A stretch of 64,000 nt of DNA from Anthoceros angustus (GCA_010909165.1 MU008165.1:372001-436000), one strand, 5' to 3'; numbered from the stretch's first letter, positions 25,081 to 38,594 are shown. The notes: a model not told the origin generated them from the sequence alone. A program made the numbers and translations.

Positions 25081-28000
25081 ATGGGGAAGCCCGCTAAGAG
25101 CACCAAGAAATTTATCAAGAAGCAGCTGGGATCAGCTCTGGCTATTCGGCGCAAGCTGAAGCCTATGAAGAATGCCCTGCGACGGAAACAGAATGCTGCA
25201 GGTCAGCGTTGTTGCGAGTACTGGTCTGACAAGATAACCTGCTTTTTTGCTCAAGTGCGGGGGTGTTGCATTGTGTGCAGATGGGAAAAGGCTTGAACGG
25301 TTATCCGAATCGCTTGCAGAAGGTGCAGGCGACGTCAAAGCAAAGTATGAACTTACCTTGGCTCTCCGAAAGAAGGCCATGAACAACAATCTCCATTGTC
25401 TGATACGATGTGCTTGCTACCTCTTGTTACAGGAAAGTGGAGGATTTGGACGTCGATGAGCTATTACGGGGAGATTTTCTAGAAAATTTAAGTGATGATG
25501 AGGAAGAACTGGATGGAGAGGATGTTGACGATGTGGACCTTGTTCCAGAAAAGGTATGGTGGGTCGGATGAAGCTCAGTTTTCTGACTGGTGAGGAATCA
25601 ACTGGGGTTACATGTGGTTTTTATTTTAATCGCAGGGCGATAATGATGATTTTATTGATGTCACACCGAATTCTGCCGAAGATGAGAGCTCTGAAGGTTG
25701 GCTCGGTGCTGTTCCCTGTCATATTCGTCTGAAGCCCTTGTGCGTCTCATGGGTTGCATGTGCGCCCGTGCATTGGCCTCTCTTTTCTCCTTACCCAAGC
25801 CATGAACTAGTGATATGTGCATTATCTTCACAGATGAGGAGGAAGAAGGGGGTCTGGGTGCACAGAACAAAAAGCTGAGGTCAGAAGCCAACAAACACAA
25901 GATGGATTTGGAGAAGCTGAAGCAGAAGGTGACATTTCTCAGAAGGTTGTCGTATTATCGCTCTAAATTGTCAAGAGGTTGTAACGTGTTAACCACTGGT
26001 TGCTTTCAGGACCCAGAATTCTACAAATTTCTGCAGGAGCATGACAATGAACTGCTTGAGTTTGAAGATGAAGAAGCAGAGGCAAGTTGTAGCTTTTTAT
26101 GCACCTTTGGAAGAGGCTGTACGAGATCATTCGTCTAGCCCTTCCCAGCCTTGAAATCTTGTGCATTTGGTATCTTGTTCAGGGTATGAGTGGAGAGGAT
26201 GAGGATCAAGTGATCGAGGATGAAGCAGGAGAAGCTGTTCACAAGCAGGATGATGAACAAGTGATGCTGTCCACTGCACTTGTCGATGCCTGGAGCAAGG
26301 CAATAAAGGAGAAGCAGCACGTGGGAGCTGTTCGTAACATGCTTCGCGCCTTCCGCAGTGCTTGTCATTACGGCGATGGAGAGGATGAGGAACTTGCCTC
26401 CAAGTTCAACGTTGCAAGCAGTCATGTTTTCAATAAGATCATGCTATTTGTCCTCTCTGAGATGGATGGTGTCTTCAAAAAGATGCTGGGTTATGAAGAT
26501 GTTGCTGAGAAAAAGAGTGGGAGGCACATGGCAGCACTTGATTATCAGAAGAATTCGAAGTGGAAGAAAGTTGAGCCCTTTGTGAGATCGTATCTTGGAA
26601 ATGCTCACCACATATTGAAGCAAATGTCTGATAATCAGATGATAGGTTTCACTGTAAGGCGAATCAAAGTCTCAGTGCCTTTCTTGGCAGCTTTCCCGAA
26701 GCTTGCACGTCTCTATTTGAAGGTAATTGTTTGTTTGCTCCAAATTCGTGACTTTCTGGTGCAAACGGCAGACCAGGACATGTTTGATCTGCTAGCTGCT
26801 GATATGCTCAAACAAGTACTTCGTAGTCAGGTTAGTCCATGATGATAAATCTCTTACTGGCTTGGGATTTTCAGGCAGCTCTACACTTTTGGGGCACCAG
26901 TGAAGGAGCTTTACCAGTGATCTCACTGCTTTTTATTAGAGAAATGGCTATGCAGCTTGGGACTGATTATCTAGATGCCTGTCTGAAAGGCATTTACAAG
27001 GAGTATGCGGCCAACTCCAGATTTGTTAATCCGACCAGGCTTCCTCAGATTCGCTTCATGGCTAATTGTGTCGTAGAGTTGTATGGACTAGACTTGGCTG
27101 CCTCCTACCAGCATGCTTTCGTGTTCATTAGGCAGTTGGCTATACTTCTGCGGAAAGCCTTTACCATGAAGACCAAGGTACGTTCTGTAAGTTCTGTGAG
27201 TGGTTCTGAAGCAGGTGCATGGCAAGACCCAAGGCTAAGATGTGATACCTTTTTGCAGGATTCTTTTAAGTCTGTTTATCGCTGGCAATACATGAACTGC
27301 CTTGAGGTGTGGGTCAACATTCTATGTACATACTCTGGCAAAGAGGATCTCCGCCCTCTAGTATACCCTGTAGCCCAGATTATAACTGGAGTTGCTCGCC
27401 TAGTACCAACTGTGCGGTACTTCCCATTGAGGCTTCAGTGTGTCAAGCTTCTGAACAGACTTGCAGCTTCTACTGGCTCTTACATTCCAGTCTCTACACT
27501 GCTGATGGACATCTTGCAATTTAAGGAGCTGCATGTCCCACCAACTGGTGGGGCAGGAAAAGCATTTGATTTCTCCATTGCTCTGAAGGTTTGACCTCCT
27601 GTCATGTTGCTTTGATTTCCGTTCCCAAAAAAATTATTTTGCCTGCTGATGATTCTGCTTGCAGTGGGTATTGATTTAAGGAGGGATGTATTGTTAAATG
27701 CTCGTGCACTGACTTTGCTGCAACGTTTTTTGCAGGTACCCAAGCCTATGTTGAAAACTCGTGCTTTCCATGAGGAATGTGTATTCCGTGTCGTCGACCA
27801 GCTTGTGGAGCATCTTGCCCAGTGGAGCTGTGCAATTGCATTCCCTGAACTCGCTGTGGTTCCCTTAATTCACCTGAAAAAATTCTTGAAAGGGACAACT
27901 GTAGATCGGTTCCGTCGTCATATCAAACAGCTGATTGAACAGGTAATCTCTGGCTCAGAGGGTGGACAACTGGGCATGTTGGTGACCTTATGCAAGTCTG

Positions 28001-29064
28001 ACAGTTTGGTTGGCATGTTCCAGATAGACCGCAATGTTGAGTTTGTCACAAGACACAGAGAAAAATTCACATTATCCCCCAAGGATATTCCAGCTGTGAC
28101 TGCATTTCTTCAGGTTTGTGGACCCTATTTCGGCTTGTCACAGGCTACTTTGTACAGATCTCACTGTTGCACTGTCATGAACAGGATGAGAAGAAATTAG
28201 GCGCAAGTCCTCTGTTACAGTATGCAGCCCAGCTCAGGCAACGAGCAGCAGATCGAGAAAAGAACCTCCAGACCTCTAGGTATTTTGTCGGTTGGTTTCT
28301 ACTTGAAATGTGGTTCCTGTTTCAGACGGTACTAATGTGGTCCCTTTTACAGCATGCTTGTTGGAGATCCAGCACCTGGAACTGAGGATGTGGAAGATGG
28401 GGATGACGAAGTGTATGACGTGGGGGAGGAAGTCTTCAGTAAAGACTGGCTTCCACAAAAGAAAACCAGCGAGTAAGCAATCTGCATGCTGTGTTATCGG
28501 TTTATGTGTCCTGTGCATTGTCTCCCTGCCTGTTGCTCGTGTCTGATTGTGCAGTTTTCTTATTATGAGCATGGCGCATGGCATACTTGCAGCGGAGAGG
28601 CAGCCATCTCGAGTAGACCAAGCTCTTCTCCAGCGCAGGACGAGGATGACATCGTTGAGGATCTTCTCCTGTCATCTGAGGATGAGATGGACGGAAGTGA
28701 CTCAGACACACAAGATAACGCCGGCAGTGAAGAAGACGAGATTCAAGAGGACAGGCAACTAACGAAAGTCAAGTCCCAACGAAAGCATCAGAAGAGCTCG
28801 AGGCCTGCTTTTAAGCAGAACGGCTCAGCTAAAAGCTCAAGGCCTGCTTTTAAGCAGAATGGTCGAGCTAAGCATCTCACAGGACCTGCAGAGAACCGGA
28901 GGGACGGGAAGAACGATGGTAAGAGGAAACGGGGTGATCGAAAAACGGGTGAGTCCTTTTCCGGGAAGGGAGTCGCGTCCATCGGAAAAGCAGGGCGAAG
29001 TACGTCTGGCGACAAGCCATCGAAGAAGAAAAGTAAGGTTCACAGAAGTGGACGGCAATCATGA
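25081..29064 (+). CDS. NOC2: Nucleolar complex protein 2 homolog (NOC2/REBELOTE family)
   Basis: MGKPAKSTKKFIKKQL start. Motifs HKMDLEKLKQKDPEFYKFLQEHD, FRSACHYGD, KWKKVEPFVRSYLGNA, YQHAFVFIRQLAILLR, LRPLVYPVAQI, RYFPLRLQC and IAFPELAVVP. Basic C-terminal tail. Multi-exon. Confidence 0.95.
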
Positions 29065-29582
29065 TGAATACCAGTCGAATTTTTCTTGGAAGCGTGCTTG
29101 CAAGTGACTCAATTGAGTAGGATGAGTAGGAGCCTTCTGGTGCAGACAAATATTTGTTCAACTTGCGGGTCCGACTCCTAGCACCAAGTGGTCGGTGGAG
29201 GACCCCGGAGCGGAGAAGTTTGAAAACTTCGATGACAGTTCCTGTTGCAATTTTGATCAGTTACCTTCATTATTGTCTCATGAGCACGTTGTATGGACAA
29301 CAGGTTTCTCGTCTTTGCACCGTAGGGGCCTACACTTATAGGTAGTTTAGTTTTTTATAAGATGAAATTTTAATACTCTTATAATTTTAACAATAACATA
29401 TTATACTTCCCATTATAAGTACATCATTATGCCTATGCATAGCAAAGTACTTGAATCATTAAGGAGGAAGATTGTCTAACAAACCAAACCAAACTGGTCA
29501 GGAGGAAGCTTGTCTAACAAACCAATGGAAGATTGTCTAACAAACCAAACCAGAGTGGTTGGCATAGCGAAAGCGCAGTGGA

Positions 29583-29658
29583 CCTATATCCTACAAGGTG
29601 GGCCTATATCCTACAGGCTGGCCTATATCCTACAGGCTGGCCTATATCCTTCAGGCCA
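29583..29658. repeat. 19-20-bp tandem repeat, 4 copies
   Basis: CCTATATCCTACAGGCTGG-like units at 29583, 29603, 29622 and 29641. Confidence 0.85.
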
Positions 29659-31379
29659 TAGGATCGAAAGTTGGCTCTGCTGTGTATCTAATGTTGGTGG
29701 GTATATTTTGTTTGGTCCTTCCTTCCTTAATGGATATAGATATGGTTGTATCCTTCCACCCTTAAGGGTGTATGTCCGCTTTGGTGTACCACGTTATGTA
29801 TTAAAAAAACAAGTGACCCAAGCGGCACTCGTAACACAATTGGCCATAATTTGAGTGATATTCGAAAGTCAAATTGCTGCTCCACTCAATATTGCTCTGT
29901 TGTGTGGCGATGTGCAGCTCATGAGCTATAGTTCTGTCTGCAGGCGTGCAAATTGTATGCTTCTGATTGCGTTGTGGGAATAAGAGCCATCTCCTTTGCC
30001 TCTTGCAGCAGCTAAAGTGGCTAGTATGTCTGTGTAGCAATGTGCAGTGTCTATGACTGTCTGGTGTGCGGATTACATCCGGTTTGGGGTAGGTCGGCTC
30101 CACATGTGTGGCTGCAGGTGTATGCGAGTGTGCAGGTTGGCAATGTGCGAACGTGAGCTGCTCTTTTGTGTGCATGTGGACGATGCAGATGCATGCAGCT
30201 GCGCTGTGGCAATTAGAGCATGTGCTTGACTGATATGATGGGCGTTTGTGGTTTGGTGACCGATTTTCTAGTTGACTGGCTCCGGGAAGTGATTGGTGTT
30301 GCATCAAGGTTGTGGCTACGAGTTTTGCTACACCTCACAAAACCCGTAGCCATGTGGTGTGGTGTGTTTTGTGGCTTTGTCTGTGTGGTGTTGTGTGTGG
30401 TTTTGCCTGTGTGGCTTTGCCTGTGTGGTGGGTTGTGTGGCTTTGTCTGTGTGGTGTGAAGTGTCTTAGTATATGTGGTGCGTGCTATGTTTTTTGTGGC
30501 TTGTTGTTAATGTTTTGCAGACGCTACGGAAGCACACCCACGACGAAGGAACACGGGCTTTGTGAGGAGACGATTCAGCAGGGATCAAATCTTTGTCCAG
30601 GGTTCACAAGCAACTTGCTGAGCCTGCTTTCTAGCTAAGCCAGTTTCTAACTAATTGCATGCTCTAAGGCTACGTTGCAGGGGGTAGAAAGAAGCCTCCT
30701 CAGTCCACGAATCTAAAGATGAGGAGTCTGGGGAGAGTGCTACTAGCGGCGATGTACAGGAGCAGCACCTCGACCACGCACGGAGGGGGAGATCAGCGAC
30801 TATAGCAAAGCAACGAAGCAAGCGGGGGATGGAACGACGAGCTGCTAAGCAAGATAGCAAGATAACAAGATTGATGCCATCTGGGGATCACTCAAACGTG
30901 GTCTGACAACCTAGACTTGGAAGGATGAAGAGGGGAACATGCAGCAAGATGGGTGCAATGGTTACGTTTGGAAGCAAACTGATACACTAAGTGATGAAGG
31001 TTCCCCGGCTGATGTGCCTTGGGATCCTAATGGAGAAGCTCGAGGGAGTTTGTGTGAATTGGAGCCAGTACAAAATAATAGCCCTGGAGGGCATCGAGGC
31101 TCATGCAAAAAAACCAGTGGAAAAACGTATTCAAAAGGTGAAGAATTCTGGATTGCTTGGAGAAGGGAGGTCCATAGAGGTAGATCTTATGGTGGGTGAC
31201 AAGAAAGCCCCGGCTGAGCAGCAACCACAATCTGGTAAGTCCACATTCAGCATGTGATACAAGTGGCTATGGCAAAGCATTTGGGGTGTGGTTCCTCCGA
31301 GATGGTGAGACAAGAATACCCACTACACTCATCAGATGCGCTAATTGTGAGGTTCGAGACCCCGCCTTTGAGGGAAAGG

Positions 31380-31641
31380 TGATGAGAATTTGTAGCTCTT
31401 AGATTAGAAGAAGAAGAAACAATGTAAGTGTTTAATGAGTAAAGTACAAGCCTTTAAATAGGCTGGGTAGTTGGGTGGTTACAACCATAAGTGGTTGCAA
31501 CCATAAGTAATTGCAACCATAAGTTGTTGTAACCAATATAACTAATATAACTACTAACTACCTAAATAACCCTAGGTAAATAATAATGTTTAAGTTATGA
31601 GGCCCTAATGAATAGTGCCCTAATCTAGACCTATTTCATCA
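31380..31641 (-). repeat. 3' LTR of the copia element
   Basis: 262 bp; about 7 differences (5 substitutions, 2 indels) from the other LTR. Confidence 0.95.
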
Positions 31642-32466
31642 CTCCCACTCACTATGAATATAGGGGTGAAGTCTAGCCTTTAAAATGAGGCCTAAATGTT
31701 AAATAGGCTCCCACTAAACCTAAAGTTATCTGCTTAAGAAAAAGGTCTTAAAAACTTAAGCATCTAACATATAATCAAGTCATAAATAAGGACTTAATAT
31801 AGGCATAAAGAAAATGAAAAACAAAATAGACGGGGCCACAAAAACGGCCTATAAATAAAAGCTAAAAACAGGATAGGCCCATTTCGGGCCTATAAATAAA
31901 AGCCCGAACGGCCCCTCTCGCCGTTGTGAGCTGGGGGCAGTTGCGGCCGCGCTTCCGCCGGTTCGGGAGACAAAACGTCTTCTCCCCCGCATCGGCTCGC
32001 GCACCTCGGGTGCATCAATCCTCGGATCCGCTCGATCGGGGCCGCCATCCACCATTGCGGCCATCCATACCGCCATCGACCTCCCCGCCTCGCATCCGAT
32101 CTGCCAGGAGATCCATCACTCCAACAAAAATTTCTGCTTGATTTAGACAGCGATCCTATCGCGATCCAGCCGCGATCAAGTCTGCCCAGCCGTGCGCTGA
32201 CTGTTGCCAAGATCGGTGAGAAAAATAGCGAAAATTTGGCCAGGAATCCAGCCGTGCCGTCGCGCATAAGAAGGTGCTCGCCCTGAATCAAATTTTCGAA
32301 ATATTTGCTGGATTTATATGCTGGAAATAGCTGAAATAAATTGCTGAAATAAATTGCTGGAAATTGCTAAATAAATTGATAAATTGCTGGAGTTGCTTGA
32401 TAAATATACTGCAGTTGACGCCGATTGGAGGGTCCGTGCCCCCCCCAGCTCCGTGAGGCAGGAAAC

Positions 32467-32930
32467 ATGGGTGCTGATAAAATCAAACAAGCACTTCGGG
32501 TGGCCAGAAGGAGGATACTTGCCAGAAGAAAGAAAGAAGGAAAACGTGCAGCCCGTGCACACCACTTGTGGTACCGGGATGAAGTTGTACCGACATTATC
32601 AGATCTTGGGGAGGAACCGGATGACCCAAACTTCAGTACTGAATTTCTTGCAAGGTGCCGTCAACCTATTGCAAAGAGTGAAGACATACCCGATGAAGAG
32701 GATGATATCCTGGTGGTGCAGACGCTCATGGAAAAATCCAAGGTCGTTGTGAGAGAAGTCAAAGTTACTGGTAAGTCAATAAATTGCAAAATAAATTGCA
32801 TAAAAATTTTGAGTGCATAAAATGCTAATAAATGTGGATGTAGATAATCCGATAAAGCCAGCATCACCAAGTGAGGCCGAATATGATGACTTCAAAATGA
32901 ATGAAGATTCGGAAGAGTCGAGGACTCTAT
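32467..32930 (+). CDS. Spliced ORF antisense to gag-pol inside the copia element, unknown function
   Basis: ATG 32467: MGADKIKQALRVARRRILARRKKEGK...DEEDDILVVQ. Donor G|GTAAGT at 32771 and acceptor TAG| at 32843 keep the frame (DNPIKPASPSEAEYDDF...RTL-stop). Confidence 0.55.
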
Positions 32931-33788
32931 AAAACCGAAGAGACCCCTCGAGCTATTTGTGAGGGTAGCCCAAGTGGAGATCACATCCTTGTGTAAATGG
33001 CCGCATAGAGGATGTAATAGCACAGAAGAGCCAAGGAGTGAGTAGGAAAGATGATACCAAAAACCGTAAACTAAACTAACATTTTCCTAATAATATCTCG
33101 CTATTTTGCGGTGTAGATAAGAGTGTGGGCACAAGCCATGTGAGATTTGCCCTACCTCTCGACCTACTCAAGAGAGAGCAAGTGCAAAAGGAAAATTCCT
33201 AGTTCCTACCGCCACCTTGAAACTTATGCAAGGCAACCTACTTGGTTCTTCCGGAGGAAAGGATGACCATGAAGTTCCCATGGAGTATGTATGTGAAAAG
33301 AGAGGATTAAGATGATGTGGTTAAGTGCTTCCCATGTGAAAATATGAAGGACACACCAAACACTTGTACGATAAGTAACCTAACGACTTAAGTACTATCT
33401 TTTCATCATTTTCACTTTATAACCCATGGTGTGTATTGTAGGATCCTTCCGGGTATTAGAAAGAGAGGATAAGCGATGCGGTGAGGACTACATAGAGTTA
33501 GGAGAGGAAAATTTCTATGCTAGACAAGATGTGTGGACTATAGAAAATACATTGACACATACTAGCTAGTGACTTAAACCTCTTGAATACCTAACATTTT
33601 CATGTGTCTTAAATGCAAATCTCTCCCTAATGACTTAGTTAACAAATCAATGGATTGTTTTGTGTTGGTATATAAGTGATATCTATAGTGTTATCTTCCA
33701 ACTTCTCTACGATATAGTGATACTCAACACTATGTGTTTGGTTGGAATGGAAAAGGGGTTTCTAGCAAGTGCTATGGCTCGACTATCA

Positions 33789-36700
33789 CTAAAAGAGATG
33801 TTGGGTTTCTTGAGGGTGATTAAGTTCACTCAAAATTAGCCTAGACCATACTATATCCTTGGAAATAGATGTTAGTACTCTATATTGATTCAAGACTAGA
33901 CAAGGCAATGGTAGGTGTTTCTTACTCGACCATGATATTGGAGCTCCTCCAAGAAGTAAAACATAACGATACGGATTTTGAGTATCGGGATCACCAGATA
34001 ATCGATCGGCATATGCCGTAAGTGTTAATGTTTTGATTGCTGGTGTATGCTTAAATGTCACCGCTTTGCATAGTCCCTTTAAGGTATCGAAAAATACGCT
34101 TAATCGACATCCGTGTTGATGTCGTGGTTCTCCAAAAGCGTGAGCGAGGCCGACTTCAAAAGAAATATCGGTCTAGTAAAATTGCTTAAATATATGAGAG
34201 TGCCGACATGTCGATATGGGACGGATGCCATCTCCATTTTCTCTTGAGCACTCTTAGGACTCATATCGAGTAAGCGATGCCACTAGCAAAGGTGTGGGTG
34301 CAGCTTTGCATCTTCCATTCCAATTTTGCTAAACTCTCCTTTATATACTTGGTTTGAACTATGCTCACTTTTTATTACTCCTATCGCGGATAATATTTAC
34401 ACCAAGTGCATAATTCATTTCTCCGGTCGGTCATTTCATATAATGTCCAAGCCATGCTTTATCTCATTAGGAGAATAAGAGAGTTTGTTGCCATAAAGAC
34501 GTCATCGACGTATAATAGAAGGTAAATATATCATTTCCTTAAGGTAAATATATAAGCAAGCATCGCCTTTACTTTGCTTAAATCCCTTATTCGAGAGTTG
34601 TATATGGATGGTCAAGTTCCAATTTTTGCCGGATTGCTTGAGTCCATATAGACCCTTGATCAATTTACATACTAAATGCTCCTTGCCTTTTACTTCATAA
34701 CCCTCAGGTTGCTTCATGTATATTTCTTCTTTCAAGCGCCCATACAAATATGCTGTCTTCACATCCATCATATGAAGTTCAAGATCGTACTGGGCACATA
34801 TAGCGAAGATCATGCGAAGAGTGGCAAACTTGGCTACAGGAGCATAAGTGGCCCAAGGTATATAGTCTAGTCCGAGGATTTGGGTAAAACCTCTAGCAAC
34901 TAGGCGTGCTTTATACCTTTCCACGGATCCATCTCCTTTTCTCTTTATCTTAAATACCCATTTGCTGGTTACTATTTTTCTACCCTTAGGAGGTTCAACT
35001 AATTCCCATGTAGAATTACTAATGAGGGAATTATACTCGAATCTACTGACTTCCTTCCATAGATGTTTGGAGGAGAAGAGAAGGCTTGTTTTAGGGTAAG
35101 AGGCTCTTCTAAGTCTCGTGGGCATACTTGATTATAAAGGGACTCGGGAGAATTAGAATCAGGAAAAATAGCAAGGTATCCCAAAGGGGTTCTTTCCAAC
35201 CAGCAGGGCCAGAGATGAGTGGACGTGATCTAAGGTTGTACCTTGGTGCAGGTGTGTCTTCCACAGGAACTGGTTCATCTTCTTGTTCTAAGGGATCCAT
35301 TTCTTCAGTATCATCAGCTTCCAACTGATCATTATCATCTTGAACAGGAGGTATAGCATCTTCTGAAATGGCCTCAAGGGGATCAGATGAAGGTGGAAGA
35401 GGCTCCTCCTCCTCCTGCAGCATGGGGTCAACAGAAGGAACACGAGGAGTAGGGACAAGGAAAGGAAGGGGATTAGGATCATCAAATGTAGAAAAATCAT
35501 TAGCATCATCGGAGTCAACGACTTCAACTCCCACCGTTGGAGAAAAGAGGTAAGACTCATGGAATGTAACACTCGAGCATAAAGAAGTTGTCTTGTTGAA
35601 GGGTTATATAACTTATACCCTTTAATGCCTTGATATCCTATGAAAAGATACTTGGCTGCCTTGGGATCCAACTTCTTACGTAATGCTTTAGGAATGAAGA
35701 CATATGCCGGTGATCCAAAAATACGAAGATGATCAATGGAAGGTTTCTTGCCAATAAACGCTTCATAAGGTGTCATGCCTTGTACTGCTGATGTAGGTAA
35801 GCGATTGATAAGATAGGTTGCTGTAAGAAGGGCCTCAGCCCAATAAACCTTAGGCAACTTGGCCTGTGTTAATAAGCAACCTGTTATCTCTTGTAAACGC
35901 AGATTTTTATTTTCTGCTATCCCATTTTGTTGAGGAGTATAGACAACAGTGAGTTGTTGAGCAATACCTTCTGCTCGACAAAACTCCTGAAAGTGATTAG
36001 ATGTAAATTCACCTCCATTGTCAGAACGTAATGTTTTCAGTTTGCAATCTGTAAGTCTCTCGGCCCATTTCATATAATCTTTGAAAAATTGAAAAGCATC
36101 AGACTTGTTTTGCAAGACATAGGAGGAGACAAAACGGGAAAAATCATCTATAAAAGTCAAAAAATACCTACTTCCACTAAAGGAAGATGTAGATAGAGGT
36201 CCACAGATGTCTGTATGCACTATCTCTAAAGGTTTCTTTGCCCTTTGTGGAGATTTGTTTTTAAAAGGCTCTTGGTGACGCTTGGTGAGGACACAAGTTT
36301 CGCACCAGGATAAATGCCCAACATTTGCAAGACAGGGGTTTCTGTAAAAGTTTCCCTTAGACATCTGGGTGAGTTTTTGACTATTTGGGTGACCAAGGCG
36401 ACAATGCCATAACATTGATGGAGGGGGACTTTGTGGAGAAGAACTGGTGACATAAGCAGATTGTTGACCTCCTACTAGGACAGACAATCTATAAAGGCCA
36501 TCTTCTAAAGTACCACTACAAATAATATGATTGCTATCACCTACATGAGAGAGAAAGCAACTATCTCGTAAAAGGGTCACCGCATGGAATGGGTTTGACA
36601 AATACTTGCAACGATAATAAATTCTTGCACATTAATGGAACATGGAGTACTTGGTGGAGGTGAAGGACTTGTCCGAATCACATGTCAAGACAATGTAACC

Positions 36701-37860
36701 GACCTTCGATAGGCGGTTGTGATCATCTCCCAAGAGGACGACTTGGTGCCACATGGTTGGTGAGTATGATTGAAAATAACTTTTGTTGTAACATATATGT
36801 GATGTTGCTCCTTGTCTAAATACCATGAGGTATTAGCAGGCTTGGATGATGCCAAACATACGGTGAGCAACCTTGGAGTTGATGAAGTTTGCTTTTTAGA
36901 TGCTACATTAACTCCATGTGAAGCCTCCTTGCGAGGTTCACCATTCTTCTTTGTGACAATCCTTTTCCATATGGTTAGGGATCCTACACCAATTGCATAT
37001 AATGCCGCTCTTCTTCTTACCCTTTGAAGGTGTCGATGAAGAGCTTTCTCCAATGTTCGTACTTGGCGAAGAATATGGAGGCGTTGGGAAGAGTAACCTC
37101 GGCCTCGCCTCGTCCTCTTCCTCTACCCCTCTGCAAGTACATTACTTGTTGTTTATTAGGCTGGAGTGAGAATGGCGCCTACTTGCCTCCTCCTCGGAGA
37201 AGTGCTCCGATCGGTTAAACACTTATGTCAAACCCTTTGTGCCATCATCTGCAGTTCTCCGTGAATTGCGAATAAGCTGCGTTTGAGTAGTGATGAATGG
37301 ACGATAGGAGGGAGGCAATGAAGATAGAAGGGTGACATAAGCTTCCATCTCGAGATATAGGTACACCGATTCGATTCAACTTGGGAACGTGCTTGTCTAA
37401 AAGCATTAATATGATGTTCGATAGTATCGGATTCTTTCATAAATAAATTACGAAAGTTACGAGAAGTCGCCACAATGCTCATTACATCTTGTGATGAATA
37501 TAATTGAGTAAGGTGAGACCACATTTCATGAGATGTTTTGCGTGCAACATGCGACCATTTGTTGAGAGAGTCCACTTATTAATAAATCTTGTGCCTTCTC
37601 ATCCTCGGCGTCCCGAAATCAAGTTCTCGTTCATCATCGGACCTCGGTCTCGTTATGGATCCATCAACAATACCCCATAATGCTCTTTGTCTCAATGCTC
37701 CTCGCATACGTAATGCCCAAATATCATAATCTTTCCCGTTGAATCTATCTTTCTCTTTGAAACCATCACCAAAATGATAATGTGTGGGAGGATGGACATT
37801 ATCATTACCCATAGGCGAGTTTTGGGTAGCTTCAAATTCTTCTTCAATCACTCCGGCCAT
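33789..37860 (-). pseudogene. Copia gag-pol, frameshifted
   Basis: gag: FNGKDYDIWALRMRGAL. Protease: WYLDKGATSHIC. GAG-pre-integrase: LWHCRLGHPN. Integrase: LEIVHTDICGP, LRSDNGGEF. RT: WELV..PKGRKIVTSKWVFKIK, YKARLVARGFTQ, LYGLKQS. RNase H: LTAYAD, GAPISWSSKK. Split over several frames. Confidence 0.93.
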
Positions 37861-37872
37861 AGCTAATCGTCC

Positions 37873-38409
37873 TTAAAGGACAAAGCTGTTGCGGTAAGGC
37901 TTATGCTCAATTTTATTGCACATATAGAATTCATCCATCGCGCTGTTTTCAGGAGATGATGACATACTCTCTAATCCTTGATTAGTATTAAACTCAGAAA
38001 GCAAAGAAAATTTTGATTTCAAATCAAATAATTCAGTTTGAAGATTAGAGACCTGAATTTTAAGAGATGAAAATTGATTATAAAAATCATGAAGAGATGG
38101 AGTTTGAATTCTATTTTTATTTGTCAAAACAGGAGTACAGGAAGAACTTAATCCAATTATTAAATTTGGAATATGGTTAAGGGCCAATTCCAAAGCTTTA
38201 ATATGAATAGGGCTGAAGTATTCAAGTAAATGACATCTTGATAACTTGATAAGCTTCCCTTGATCCGGTTTTGGAAATAAAATTGATGCAATGAAATTTG
38301 CTATAGATGAAGAGATTTGTTCTATTTCACTCTCAATAGCTTGTTGCCTAATGAGATTCTCTTTCCTTTTAACCTTCTGTTTTCTCCTTCTAATAGAATT
38401 AAAGTCCAT
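37873..38409 (-). CDS. Extra 178-aa ORF between the PBS and gag in the copia element, unknown function
   Basis: Intact ATG (38409) to TAA (37873), ending 12 nt before the gag ATG (37860). Basic N-terminus (RRRKQKVKRK) and a coiled-coil-like segment (LKIQVSNLQTELFDLKSKFSLL). Confidence 0.6.
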   Translation of the reverse strand: MDFNSIRRRKQKVKRKENLIRQQAIESEIEQISSSIANFIASILFPKPDQGKLIKLSRCHLLEYFSPIHIKALELALNHIPNLIIGLSSSCTPVLTNKNRIQTPSLHDFYNQFSSLKIQVSNLQTELFDLKSKFSLLSEFNTNQGLESMSSSPENSAMDEFYMCNKIEHKPYRNSFVL

Positions 38410-38594
38410 GGAGAAATTATAGAAGATTGAAACATATAAGCATGTTAAAGGAAGAGATGAAGAATTGGTGAAATAGAGAATGTAGAACAATAGCACTCCA
38501 TCTAGACGAATGCTAGATTTAAGAGTGCCTTGTAAATAATCTCCTCATATATAAGAAACATAAGCATGCAAGAGAGCAACGATGCTCGATACCA

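Noticed and set aside
28790-28870. 39-bp duplication in the last NOC2 exon (KSSRPAFKQNGSA / KSSRPAFKQNGRA)
   Set aside because: An ordinary in-frame duplication in a disordered basic tail.
29800-30640. Cys/His/Val-rich ORFs (29801-30307, 30220-30459, 30312-30638) as metal-binding proteins or a transposase
   Set aside because: Derived from TG-rich low-complexity sequence, with no DDE or other domain motifs.
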